Position numbers and translations under genes: made by a program
In this document: one piece after another, positions 52,001 to 63,720 of the stretch
How the letters are laid out: each line of letters starts with the position of its first letter
Numbering within the stretch: the first letter of the stretch is position 1
Assembly: GCF_000143415.4 (NCBI RefSeq)
Contig: NW_003314264.1
Coordinates: forward strand, 2,861,710 to 2,925,709
Direction of reading: 5' to 3'
From: Selaginella moellendorffii
Lineage: Eukaryota; Plantae; Lycopodiophyta
DNA: 64,000 bases
Notes under the pieces: model-generated
Databases searched by the model: none
Seen by the model: the letters and a program-made list of their open reading frames with translations, nothing else
What the model was told of the DNA's origin: nothing

Positions 52001-52171
52001 ATAGTGGTCAATTGGCTGGGCTGATTTTGAAAAACATTCAAATTGATTTTACCATCACAAGGCCACCATAAAAAAAATGACAGTGATGGTGACATGTACT
52101 AGGGCAACATCACTTTAAATTGCTAATGTGGTTGTCACAATTTGACCGTGACAGTCATATATGCAGTGTTT
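49013..52171. mobile_element. Decayed PIF/Harbinger transposon (DDE transposase on +, convergent probable Myb/SANT ORF on -)
   Basis: LAEHFCVSSSTV and CGAIDCMH..D...F.D, plus CERSFGLLK..WR remnants at 49400-50250. Imperfect ~24-bp TIRs (AGATATTACATATGTGACCGTCAC vs rc AAACACTGCATATATGACTGTCAC) are flanked by AAT/AAT. Confidence 0.75.
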
Positions 52172-53649
52172 AATGGCCTATCTTTTAAGTTGGTTACTTT
52201 GAGAATTGTATTAGACAAGATAATGTTTAAACCTCCACCACAAACCTTGAAAAACCATCTCAATGTGATGGAATCAACCATAGGAATATGAAAGCAAAAG
52301 GTAATGAAATAGTTGACAACATGATAAGCCTTCTTTAGGACATAAACTTGAAAAGAGCAATAAATTGGGTGTGATATGAAAAGTGGATTCCATATCTCGT
52401 ATATTTGAATTAATGTTTTTACAAAAAGATGAATAAAAAAGTAGTAGTTACTATTGCTAGGGGTATGTGAGGGAATTAATTAGTAATCATGTCAACTAGC
52501 AAACTTTCCAAGATACTATAGAAAAGAGGATACAAGCATTAGATGTAGAAAAAAATTAATAAAAGCTTCAAAACTGATTATTCATACTCACTAGGAAAGG
52601 ACAAAACTAGGTAAGTAGTTTAAAAGGTTATAATAAATTTGATTTTTTTAAATAGGCAAAGCAAGAGGATGAAAACAGGGAGGAGGAGTAGGAAGAGGGT
52701 CCACATATAGTGCAAATAGAGGTTGATGACCTGATTAATATTAATGAGGAGATAATTGATATGAATAATCCAACTTAAAGGTTATATATTGATTGAAGTA
52801 AGTATTTTTCTTGAAGAATGTAATTAGTTAAAGATATTGGAATATTTGTGGTTAAGCATCATTGGGTTTGAGTACTACTAAGTTAAGTGACTTCCTAAAA
52901 AATCAAAAGTTTATATTTAATCTTGAATTCAACTTTGTTGGTTGGTTAAGGAAATTACATTTTATATTGAGATTATAACTTCCTCAATATTTCCACCACA
53001 AGATAGCATACCACCTAAAAATGACAACTAAGAGTTATGGCAAGAGAGGTATGGTTACAAGGGAAAAAAGAAAAGATATATAAAAGAAAAGTAGTACAAT
53101 TTCCCTAACCATCTCCATTATAAGTTTTGGCTTTTCTTTTATGCAAATGAGGGTTATAAGGAAAAAAGGTAAAGATACATTAAAGATAAAAGGTACAACT
53201 TCCTTAATATGATAGCATACCATCTAAGATTGTTGTTTCTCCATTAGTGTTACTATTTAAAGTAATTTCTCAGGATTATAAAACTTACCATGCTTTCATA
53301 GTTTGCCTCATTAGAAAATGACAGCAAGTATATAGTTTAGAGAAGAGGAGTTTGCAGCAAAAAGATCATAAACTGTGCTTCTCAAGAATTTTGAAGTTTG
53401 CTAACATGGAAAAAATTCTAACCCTTCAAGAACAATATTTTTTTTGGAGGGAAAACTATTTGAGGGGAATAAAAGTTTTCATTAGTTCTTTGCATTGTCA
53501 AAATTTGCCTATTTCAAAGACTAATGTGGCTATAGAAAATTTTCATCCATTGAATGAAAATATTTGTTAGATTTCCAAATTTGATCATATGGTGCATATT
53601 GCATATGTATTGAGCATACATTAAATTTTAGCACAAACATACAAAATTC

Positions 53650-54960
53650 TACAAATTTGTACGAAACTCATACTGGATAAACCATTCAAAAAAGCAACTA
53701 TGGGTGCTGGGTTCCAAATTGATTGCTATGTAAACTGCAGGCACCTCAACTCCATCCTTCAAAGCACTCCTCTCGATGTAAGTGAAAGGCACTTTACACT
53801 TTCATTTGGCACCGAACTTCCACCTTTACCTGGATAATCACAATCCAAAGCAATGAATTATCAGTTAGTGGTAATCTAAACAACAATTACCTTAGTTCCT
53901 GATCCTGGCACATCCTTGGCTGTGTAAGATGTCTGGACTTGTACAGCCTTTACAACCTTCTTTCCATTGTCTGTTTTAGTAGTACGGATTGAGGGTAATA
54001 TGGAACTCACCATAGGTCCACTGACCACTGACCCCAGGTCTCTTCCATTCTCTGGACGTTCACAAGCACTCGCATGGCAGTCTTGAACTTGCTTCTGACA
54101 TCTCAGCTAGCTCAAGGAGGTACTTGATGTTCGTCAAGTTCCAGGCTCTCACTGGCTTGCTCACAGTAAACCTAGCACTCTGGTCTCTGATCAGATTTGC
54201 AACTGCTGTGTTTAGAGAGACCTTCCAGTAGTCAGTGTGCCTCTTCTGTTCTCGATCGATCTTAAAGCCAGAACGTTCCTTCCAATCTTCACAGGCTCGA
54301 AGTGAGAACTCTTGCTTTTTTTGGCATTCTCCAGGCTCGAATCTCCCTCCAGAACTTCCCAACCTTAACCGTTTGAATGATCACGTTGGGTTACCTCGAA
54401 CATGGTGCCTTGGTTTGCAGTTTTGCTGTTGAGCTGCAACCATTTGTGTCTTGAACACGCACGTAGTTACCATTGTCACTGAGCAGCGTCATGTATCGTT
54501 CCATCTCAGATGCGCTGCTGGCACTTCCTCCTACAGCTTTGTAGCCACAGACTTGCTTGCTGGCAAGTTTCGACACATTAATGTACACATCGTCCACCAT
54601 GGACTTGAGTGCCACAACATTCTCCCTCACTTGAACGACTCGAAACTGGCACGACTTATCGTTGCTCGTTGGGGTCTGCTCCCGATCAGCAACTATCCAG
54701 CCTTGGTCATTTCTGTTCCAATACCTTCCGTTCTGGGAACGCACTGCGACAACCTTTTTCCCAAAGATGAACAACACCTGGTGAGGGGGAGAAGGTGAGG
54801 TAGGAGTGTTGTCCTGGAAACTGAGAGCCAGGAATGTAGATGGGGACACCACGCACTTCAATGCAATGTAACGAGAATCCTTGCCACCATCTAGTGGAAT
54901 TATTGCTGCAGTAGGAACATAGGGAACAAAAGGAGGTTCCTCCTCCTGCAGTGCTATATG
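53650..54960 (-). pseudogene. Amaranthin/agglutinin-domain + aerolysin-like pore-forming lectin, frameshifted and internally deleted
   Basis: Agglutinin-like segments RYIALK, VVSP, VAVRSQNGRYW..WIVA, RYMTLLSDNGNY; linker LNTAV..ARFTVSKPV..LTNIKY; aerolysin-type CKVPFTYIER..LKDG at ~53750-53800. The pieces fall in different frames. Confidence 0.65.
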
Positions 54961-56047
54961 GATTAGTTTGTGAGCAAGCTTAGTGGAAGCCTTCTTACCT
55001 TCTTACTAACGGAGATCAGAAACAAAGAATTTGATCCAGGAACAAACAACACCAATGCTGTGTTAGTGCTCTCTTTATATACTACCTAAGTTGCCGAGCG
55101 CGAGGTAAAGCTCGTATGCTAAACTACATCTTTCTTAACTATTTTGTCTATCTTGTCCGGCTATTTCAATCCCATTAACAAGTTCAACTTGTAAAGTTCT
55201 TTATGGGCTTACTATTTGACGTGTGATCCATGCTTGAGGTTTTTTTTTTTTGCATACAAAATTTATAGCTCATGCGGCCATGTGATGTGTGGATTTATTT
55301 ATTAATAGGCCAGTTTAGTGCGAAACTTGAATGACGATCATAACATATATCATTCAATTTTGTATACCTCTTTTAGCTAAATAAACTAACTCTCAAAAGG
55401 TCTAGAGTCGAACCCGCCAGGAAATCTTTAGCATAAGTAAGCAAGAACAATGAAAGCGATGAAAAGTCTGAAGAATCATAGAAGACAGAGAATGCCAAGG
55501 AAGTAAGAACTAGTGAAAGAAGAACTTACCTCCACCTACCTCCACTTTGTACAAGAGCCACTCGATTGCGAGGATGATCTTCTCCCAGCCTCGTAGACCA
55601 TGAATACCGACAGCTGCTTTAGCAATCCCTGCGCGGCAGCATCCTCTGGCTCGACAGCGAGCTGATGTCCACCATGATCGACTCATCCAGATTCAAGAAG
55701 CAATTGCCGGTGGAGTTTAGAGAGAAAGCCCTAGCTCCTGCTCATCTTTGTCCACTGCTAGAGCAAGATCTTCGCCAGAAACTTCGATGTAGGATGGGGG
55801 GCGGGAAATGGAACTGGAGCACTGGCGCTGCAAGAATATTGAGGCATTACGCCGGGTGCCCTGTGCGACGAGAACGGGAGGGAAGAAGCGGCCACCGCCA
55901 TAAGCAGAGGCTATCCTGGACAAAGAATTGTTATTTATATCAAAAGAAAGCTAGCAAGACCTTATGAGACAATAAACACTCTAATGGACAGAGAAACTCT
56001 AGCCTAGGCCAAAAGTTTTTGCCTGGACTGAGCTACCTAGGCAAAAA

Positions 56048-56533
56048 TCAATTAGACCCGCAGGACGATTCTGGGCTACTGGGACGAAGCAACCGCTTCT
56101 CCTCGAACCGATTGATCTCCCGCTCGTCGGGCTTGTCGAGCGAATCACCAAGATCATGATCTTGTCTTGCCGCGGCAATCGTTGGAGCAACAGCAGCAGC
56201 AGTGGCAGTGGCGCGCGGATCGCTGCTACGATTGGCAGCACTCCTCTCCTTGGAGCAGTCGATCCGTGCCTGGTTGCGGCGGAGGTGCAGCAGCAATCCC
56301 GATGTGGTGAAGGGGCGCCCCGCGGCGCCAAAGTCGATGGCGCACAGCGGGCACTTGCAGTGGATAATCTCCTGGCCATTGTTGGCAGGAAGCCTGTGAG
56401 TCTTCTTGCGCGTCACCCCCTTGCCCTTCTCGTGGTTCCTGTATGTGCTGAGGCACACGATCGTGCCCTCCGGGATCAATCCCCCGAGCGTGCATTTCTG
56501 GCACCGGCAGTGGAGCCGCATCTGGGGAGCCAT
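56048..56533 (-). CDS. Orphan ORF with two HCxCxxC...H motifs (possible Zn-binding or transposase N-terminal relic)
   Basis: ATG at 56533; HCRCQKC..STYRNH and HCKCPLC..LLLH; GC-rich and open. Confidence 0.35.
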   Translation of the reverse strand: MAPQMRLHCRCQKCTLGGLIPEGTIVCLSTYRNHEKGKGVTRKKTHRLPANNGQEIIHCKCPLCAIDFGAAGRPFTTSGLLLHLRRNQARIDCSKERSAANRSSDPRATATAAAVAPTIAAARQDHDLGDSLDKPDEREINRFEEKRLLRPSSPESSCGSN

Positions 56534-56804
56534 ACCTTGAGGGAGAGCGAGGAAGAGATCCAGCGCGGGCGCGCGCGCCCCTTCTTTCCTAGGGTTCTTC
56601 ACACGAACGAAGAAACCATGGCGTGTTTGTAAGCATTTGGCGCGGACGAGACATTTTTTTTTCCAAAAAGAAGGAGAAAATCTCAACCCTCATGACGTGG
56701 CACAATCTTTGCCCTCTTTTAACAGTGGCTGCTTAATGACGTGGCGAGATCTTAGACCGTTATTTATGGCAAGATCGCTTCTTTCTTTTGTTTCTTGTGG
56801 AGTA

Positions 56805-56866
56805 GGCTGATTTTCTCATGTCTTGGGTGATATCAATTTTCATGGCTGTTGGCGTGCTTTTAATTC
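56805..56866 (+). pseudogene. Short fragment copied from the ALIS gene (exon 3 start)
   Basis: GGTGATATCAATTTTCATGGCTGTTGGCGTGCTTTTAATTC vs GGTGATATCGATTTTCATGGCTGTTGGTGTACTGTTTATTC at ~36093-36133. Confidence 0.7.
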
Positions 56867-57072
56867 GTCCAATTCGTCCAAGGAGAGCACATCGCCAGAG
56901 AAACCAGAAAAGAACAAACATATCTATCAAGGATGAGATTGTGGAAATCGACTCTCGCTCAGGAACAAGTCGCCAACTTCGACGTGACTTCAACTTTGAG
57001 TCCAGTATAGCCTTGCAGAGCTCCAAAAAGGAAAGAGGGAAACTTTCCCTAGGTCACCAGCATTCTCGCGAG

Positions 57073-57386
57073 ATGAATGTGGAGGAAGAGGTGGGTCGCT
57101 TGCGACTGGAGATCGAGCGCCTGGGAACGGTCCAGCCCGATGGATCCACCGTCGTAAGCATTCAAGTCTCTGATTTCGCTATAGCTTGGAATTCCTCTGG
57201 ATCTATGCCCAGGTGAAATTTGGAATCCTCTTCAACGACGATCGGTGTGCCAATCTCTTCGAGGCGCTGGTTGGAACCCTGAGGGCCGCCAAGAAGAGGA
57301 AGCTCCTTACGTACGATGGAGAGCTCCTCTTGCAGGGAGTGCATGACAATGTGGACATAGTCCTCTTCAAGCCTGTCTCCAATTGA
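57073..57386 (+). CDS. Costars family protein (ABRACL-like), 2 exons
   Basis: MNVEEEV..L..EI.RLG...DGS.V|VKFG.LFNDDRCAN.FEALVGTLRAAKKRK..Y.GELLLQGVHD. Confidence 0.93.
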
Positions 57387-57436
57387 TCAATGCAAGCTTT
57401 TCTTTAGATCACAGAGTTCTAGGGTTTTCAAGGAGT

Positions 57437-58816
57437 ATGGCGCTCTTGGACGTTGCTGGTGGCGTGGCGCTGGCGATCTTGTCCGGATCGGTGCTGCTGC
57501 TAGTGCTGCTGATCTTGCCGGTCGCCGGCTATCTCTTTTCGCCGCGCTCGCTGCCCCAAGGTACCAATGCGGCTAGGAAAAGAAATGTTTTGCTTGTGAT
57601 TGCTCATCCGGATGACGAATCGATGTAAGATCTCGCTAGATTGTTTGATACTGGGGATTTGTGCTAATGGGGAGATCCTTGGCAGGTTCTTTGGACCCAC
57701 GCTTTTGGGTTTGGCGTCCACTGGGGCTTATAATGTTAGAGTCCTTTGCCTCTCCTCAGGTTTGGCGGCTTGGAAAATCTTCTATACTTTGACGGGTTTG
57801 TGTGTGTTGTAGGGAATGTGGATGGCAGAGGCTGGCAGCGAAAGGAAGAAATTCTTGCTGCGTGTTTGGTGCTCAAAGTAAGGTTCTTCTTTTCATCTTT
57901 TCTTATGTATTTTTTCTGCTGCCATGTCTTGTTGTATGTTTGAAAGGGAGCTGATAGAATTTCTGTCTAGGTGCCGCTCGGAAACGTTGAAGTGATGGAC
58001 GTACCGGAGCTTCAAGTAAGTCTCGATTGAACCATAAGATTTTGATTTGCTGAAAGAGTTTTGTTTGCTGAGATGGGCTTTTTTGGTTTACTAGGATGGT
58101 TTTGCGGAGCGTTGGGATATAGAATTGATCAGGCGTGTTGTACAACAGCACATTATGGATCACAAAATCACAACAGTAAGCGAATCATATTCTTTTCTCA
58201 AAGGTGCGACTATCTTTGTTTTTTTCTCAGCTTATTACTTTTGACTCGTATGGTATTTCGGGACACCCCAACCATCGCTCAGTGCATCATGCTATTTGGT
58301 GGGTGGAAATTCTGCCTCCTTCCAACAAATTTCTACGACCGCTCTTTGTTTCTTTTTCAGTGCTTTGCTGCTGCAACTAGAGTCCAACAAAGATCCTGTT
58401 GTGGAAGCTTGGCAGCTCGTAAGCGTTTCTCTTTGGTCCTCTTCATCTTTGCTGAATACTTTTTATTTTGTTATTCTTTTCCCTTTTTTTCCTGGCAGGC
58501 AAGTTCATCTTTGCTGCGAAAGTTTCTCGGTCCTCTGGATGTATGCATTTCGCTAATAGAGCAGCACCTACGGGATCCTTCCAAGCACCACTGCTTTTAT
58601 AGCCAGAAGCCGTGGACAAACGCTAGAGCCATGCGACAGCACAGGAGCCAGTGGATATGGTAGGCAAGCAAATATTTGTGAATCCTTCCTTCCCTTCCTC
58701 TTAGTTTTCTAGTATCACTAGTAACTTCTTTTTGTGTTTTCCACAGGTACCGCAAGCTTTTTGTCATCTTCTCGAGGTACACTTATGTCAACAGTTTGAA
58801 GGTGTTAAAATACTAG
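57437..58816 (+). CDS. PIG-L: N-acetylglucosaminyl-phosphatidylinositol de-N-acetylase
   Basis: N-terminal TM helix, VIAHPDDESM|FFGPT, CLSS|GN.DG.G..RKEE, LQDGF, TFDSYGISGHPNH, HRSQW.W|YRKLF. Confidence 0.92.
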
Positions 58817-59523
58817 TGGCCGAAGGATAAGAAAACCCGTGGAATGATTTCCAGCAGGAAGTTACCAAAACGAAACTCAGGTGCTTTGCATTGGGGAGGG
58901 ATTTGTTTGTGCATGAATTCTCGCCTCGGCAATCGCACTGGAGGTACTTTTGGAAGGAATTCTCATTTTCAGTGATTGTTTTCTCGGCCCAGCGCTCTTA
59001 AACTATGAGGTCACTCACATGTTGGACTGTTTACTCCGCAGGACGCTTTCGGGGAGCAGTGCGCGCAGTGGTCATTTCAAAACAATCACCCGGAAAATGA
59101 TTGATCATGAGTGGTCACCACTGAAGAGTGATTGCTCCAAGCGCAATCCTACGAAGTTGGAAACAACCAAAAAAAAAAAGCTTGGTGTGTGTAAGCTCCG
59201 TAGCGAGGTACCTCTTACATCTCTCACTCCCGTCTTTTTTCAAGGCTTTTTTCTTTCTTTTGCTCTTCCAGACGAGAAAATACGCGTATTTCTGGAAAGG
59301 AAGGAGAGAGTGGATGGGAATCGAACACGGCACTGGTGCCTGTGGCTGTCAGGGCCTGTACGGTCGCCCGTCCATAAAGTTAAAATCCCCTTCTTTTGAC
59401 TAACGGTCTGGCTTTGACTGGTCAATGGGATAAGATACTGGAAGGATCTAGGCAGTGATAAACGTGAAAATGCCACAAGCTTTACGGCCACAGGCGGGTG
59501 TGGGGTGGCCCCCAGTGCGGGGT

Positions 59524-59552
59524 GGACGCGTGTCTGCGCGTGACACGTGGCC
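59524..59552 (+). promoter_or_regulatory. ABA-response complex-like element (CE3 + ABRE) upstream of the cupin gene
   Basis: GACGCGTGTC followed closely by GACACGTGGC, ~270 bp before the ATG. Confidence 0.55.
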
Positions 59553-59814
59553 CCGCCGGAGGCGTCGATTCCGGCTCGCGTTGGCGCCTAGTCAAAGACG
59601 AGACGCAAGGGAGGGAGGTTGTTTGTGGGTAGCTGCAAAAATAAAAGATCCTCGCGGTGGGAGCTATGGCTTCGCTGCTTTGCTCGATCTTGCGCTGCGA
59701 TACTTCCTGATTCTTTGGAGAGCGCATTTCTAAGATTGTGTCTCGAGTGCGTTTGGATTTGCAAGCGTTTTTTATTCGCGTTCGCGTGTGTGTGTGCGAG
59801 AGCGATCGTTTTGG

Positions 59815-60617
59815 ATGGAAAGCAGCGCGCAAACAAGCGCGGTGGAGGAGAAGCTGGGAATTCGGATCGAGCGGAAGCCATCCGAGCAGCGATTGCTGGA
59901 GCTGGGCGTCAAGTCGTGGCCGAAGTAAGCTACTTTCTTTTCTTCTCCGCCTTTCAATGCTTGGATTCCATTTCAATGCCAGTAGGAGTGTCTGAAAAGC
60001 ATCACACTAACCAGAGAGCCAACATGAAACAACAAAAACGTATTTTGTGCATCTCTGTTTGTTGCTGCTGTGTGTTTTCTCCCCTGGCACCGGGGTTCTT
60101 CCAACTTTCTTGGAAAACCGAGAGCTTATACCGATCTCCTGCACTCTCATTCTCTTGTTACTTCTTTCTGCAGGACAGCCTGCAGTCGTGTCCAGAAAAA
60201 AACCAAGCTCCAGAGACTCTCTCCTGCGCGTTTCCGCTATAGTCTCTCGCTCCAGCAAGTTCTCACAAACTGAGTTTAATCTGCCGTGCTCTTCCGCCTA
60301 AACGATCCAAGTTGAAAACATTCTTCTCGTGTTCTTCTTCCGTTCTTCTTGTTCTTGTTCTTCTATCTACTGGTTGAGAAACATACGACGATCTTGCCGT
60401 TTCGTTTTCCAGATGGGGATGCCCTCCGAGCAAGCTGCCCTGGACGTACGACGCGGAAGAAACGTGCTACCTCCTCAAAGGCAAAGTCCGCGTCTTCCCC
60501 GAGGGATCCTCCGACTTTGTGGAGTTTGGCGCCGGGAACCTGGTCGTCTTCCCCAAAGGCATGAGTTGCACCTGGGAAGTCTACTCGCCAGTTGACAAGC
60601 ATTACAAGTTCGATTGA
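59815..60617 (+). CDS. Small RmlC-like cupin (Cupin_3/DUF861), 2 exons
   Basis: EEKLGIRIERKPSEQRL.ELGV.SWPK|WGCPPSK.PWTY...ETCYLL.GKV..FGAG.LVVFPKGMSCTW.V..PVDKHYKFD*. Confidence 0.92.
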
Positions 60618-60968
60618 TCGATCGTCACACACATCGATATAATCTAATATCTGTGTGATCCGCGACAGATTTTCCCATAGAAAAGCTCTCTACTTTCATG
60701 CAATGCAGGCGATCAAAGAAGCTCCCGCCCAAGCCGGGGATTCGAGCGCCATCCCTGGATGTTTTTATTTCTTTCTAAGCTCTGTGTGAAGAAAGTGCAA
60801 GTACGTTTGTGCAAATCTGGTCACTAGAAACTAGAAGTGATCTGGGGCGTTCATCTAGATGCATCCGACGGCTCTAGCGCGCTCTACTTAAATAGTGCTC
60901 ACTTCTTAGGTAGCTTGTAGAAACTCCTGCGTTGGAGCGGGGTTGGAGTTGTTCGTGGTTTTGCAGCA

Positions 60969-61804
60969 ATGGTGAGCTTTTCTCTCGCGCGAATTGGCCA
61001 TGAATCCGGGATATCGTTTCTGGGTTTTGCCAATCTAGGGTTCTTATGGCTCATTTGCAGGACGATCCGGAGCTGGAGGCGATCAAGAGGAAGAGGATGC
61101 AAGAGTTAATGGCTCAGAGAGGGGGAGGCGTGAGTTTTCTAGATTTACTGATGCCATTTGTATGATTTGCGTTGTTCTTTGTCCAGCAACAATCCGCGGA
61201 GCAGCAGGAAGCTCAAGAGGAGCAAAAGAGGTAAACTTACATTCTCAAAAATCGTTTTTTTTTTTTTTTTTGTGTCTCTCTTTGTTTTTGCTGCTGCTCA
61301 TTGACGAGAGTTGTGTTCCAGAGAAGCAGCCGAGCGGAGACAAATGATGCTAGCTCGAGTGCTTCTCCCAGAGGCTCGCGAACGACGTAAGTTGTCAAAA
61401 AGAGAAAAGAAAAAAAAAGAAAAAGAAACTTCCATTTTGTTTGCGTTTAAAACCTGTTCGTGTTCTTCTAGTTTCGCGAATTGCACTCGTCAAGCCGGAG
61501 AAGGCAAAAGGCGTGGAGGACTTGATTCTTCACAGCGCTCAGCGAGGCCAGATCACCGAGAAGGTAACTACATATCAAAACTACCCAAAAAAGGTATTTT
61601 TTCTTCCACTCTGCATTGCCAGGTTTCCGAGGAGAGACTCATCCAGCTGCTGGAGCAAATCAACGAGCAAACTAAGAAAACAACCAAAGTCACTGTAAGT
61701 TCCTCAAGACACATTATTTCTTGATAAAACCAGAGATTTTCTAACTCGGTTCTGCGCATCTCTTCCAGATACAACGACGCAGGAACGTGTTGGATGACGA
61801 CTGA
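60969..61804 (+). CDS. PDCD5: PDCD5-like dsDNA-binding family protein; the first coding exon is the ATG alone
   Basis: M|DDPELEAIKRKRMQEL..EARER|LSRIALVKPEKA.GVE..K|VSEERLI.LLEQ..KVT|IQRRR. Confidence 0.92.
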
Positions 61805-62349
61805 GAATTAAAACTATCATCTAGGTAGGACTGTGAAAAACCAACGAGGATAATCTCTCTGTGCGGCCTGGGCGGAACTTTAATTGCCCCATTCCTCGTC
61901 TCTCATCAAACTCTCAGCATTCCATTGTGACGACGATTGGACGAAAGAAAAGTTAGTGACCACCTGCGCGCGTTGCGTGATGGATTATCCGATGCAAGCA
62001 AGCGAATGGTTTATGTGGATGGAGGTTTTAAGACGCCATTCAAGTGTGTTCTCAGAGGAGAGAATAAAATCGCGAGCTTTCCTACCAGAAGATCGACGCG
62101 ATACAGACTGGTAACCGGAAAAACGCTGCCTGTGGCCGCCACCGTACCGTGGTCCCACGAGCGCATCGTACGGTTGTCGCCGTGGGAGCATATTCCGTCG
62201 GTGCCGTGGCGGCGGCCCGGCGGAATGTGCCACGCGGCTGCGACGGAATATTTGTCCTCCTCCCTCCCCACGGTAAAATTACTTAGGGCACGAGGAAGCC
62301 CGGGCAGAGGAGTGGCGTGATTGATTCAAAGCTGGCGTTCCACCAGGCA

Positions 62350-63640
62350 ATGTCGAGCCTGCTCGGCGATGGCATCGTGATTCCCTTGCAGCAGCCACCG
62401 GCCATCGCTGTGGGCGGCGGCATTCTCGATGGAGGCGGCGGCGGTGGTGGTGGAGGAGGAGGAGCTGCGATGATGAGGGGCGGGCGGAGGAAGGAGGAGC
62501 GGATCCCACAGTGGGGATTCCACGAGACGAAGGAATTCATTGCAATTAGGGCCGAGTTTGAGAGGGAGTTCACGCAGACCAAGCGCAACAAGACGCTGTG
62601 GGAGCTCATTGCCGGGCGGATGAAGGACAAGGGCTTCCGCCGGAGCGCCGATCAGTGCAAGTGCAAGTGGAAGAACCTCGTCAATCGCTACAAGGTCGGT
62701 TCCTCTCGTTTTCTCATCCATCTCTTGGGATTTGTTTTTCTCTTTCTCTTCCACTCGCGCCGCGTTTTAGGATTTCTTCTCTTCTTTGTTCTTCGATCTC
62801 TTCCAGTGACGATCTTCTCTGGATCTTGTCAAGTGTTTCTTTGGTAGTCTTCTTCGACCGTTCTAGTCTTCTTCGATCTCCCTTCTCGAGTTTTAAGGTT
62901 CTTCGATTTTGTCTCGCTTCGTTGCCAACTTCTCGGATCTTAAAAACCACTCTTTGCTGCAGGGAAAGGAGATATCCGAGCCCGACAATGGGAGGCAATG
63001 CCCGTTCTACGAGGAGCTCGACGCCATCTTCAAGGAGCGGTCCAAGAGCATGCTCATGCTCGAGTCCGACGGCTTGAGGCCCAAGAAGCGTCTCAAGAAG
63101 CTCAAAGGCCTGCTGTCCGACGAGGAAACCGACGACGAAGATGACGATGAAGAGAGCGACGACGACAACAGGAACTTGCAGCAGCTCCAGCCATTCCAGC
63201 ACCACCATCAAGAGCAGCAGCAGCAGCAACAACATCAGCTCCAGCAGCAAATCCAAGTAGCAGCAGCAAGCCAGTCGCAGCAGCAGCAGCAGCAACAGCA
63301 GCGGCCGCGGAAGCGCAAAGTTGACAAGGACAGGCAGCGAGCCACCGCCGAGAAGTCGAGGGCGAGCAGCATGCAAGAGGTGCTGGAGGAGTTTTTCCAG
63401 CAGCAGCAGCGCAACGAGGAGCAGTGGCGGGTGTCGCTGGAGCAGCGGGAGATGGAGAGGCGAGCCCGCGAGCACGAGTGGCGGGAGTGCATGGAGAAGC
63501 TGGAGCAGGAGCGCGCGCTGCGGGAGCAGGCGTGGTGGGAACGCGAAGAACAGCGGCGACTGCGGGACGAGGTACGGTCCCGGAAGCGAGACGAGCTGGT
63601 CGAAGCTGTGCTGAGAAAGGTGATACGCGACGACTGCTGA
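62350..63640 (+). CDS. Trihelix transcription factor, GT-3/GT-1 clade, 2 exons
   Basis: RIPQWGFHETKEFI.IR..KRNKTLWE..RSADQCKCKWKNLVNRYK|G..CPFYEEL, with poly-Gly, poly-Gln and a C-terminal coiled coil. Confidence 0.93.
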
Positions 63641-63720
63641 TCCCGGACTTCTCTGTATTTTTTTCCTCTGCTGAAAGAGCTGTAACTTCTTCGAGCCCCA
63701 CTTGACGAGAGACTTCCATG

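Noticed and set aside
52200-52800. Possible second, very decayed hAT C-terminus
   Set aside because: Only faint CE.N / KL...H resemblance and no termini.
55065-55100. Helitron-like 5' start (TATACTACCTAAG) that could explain the captured fragments
   Set aside because: It lacks the exact A|TC start and no matching 3' end was found.
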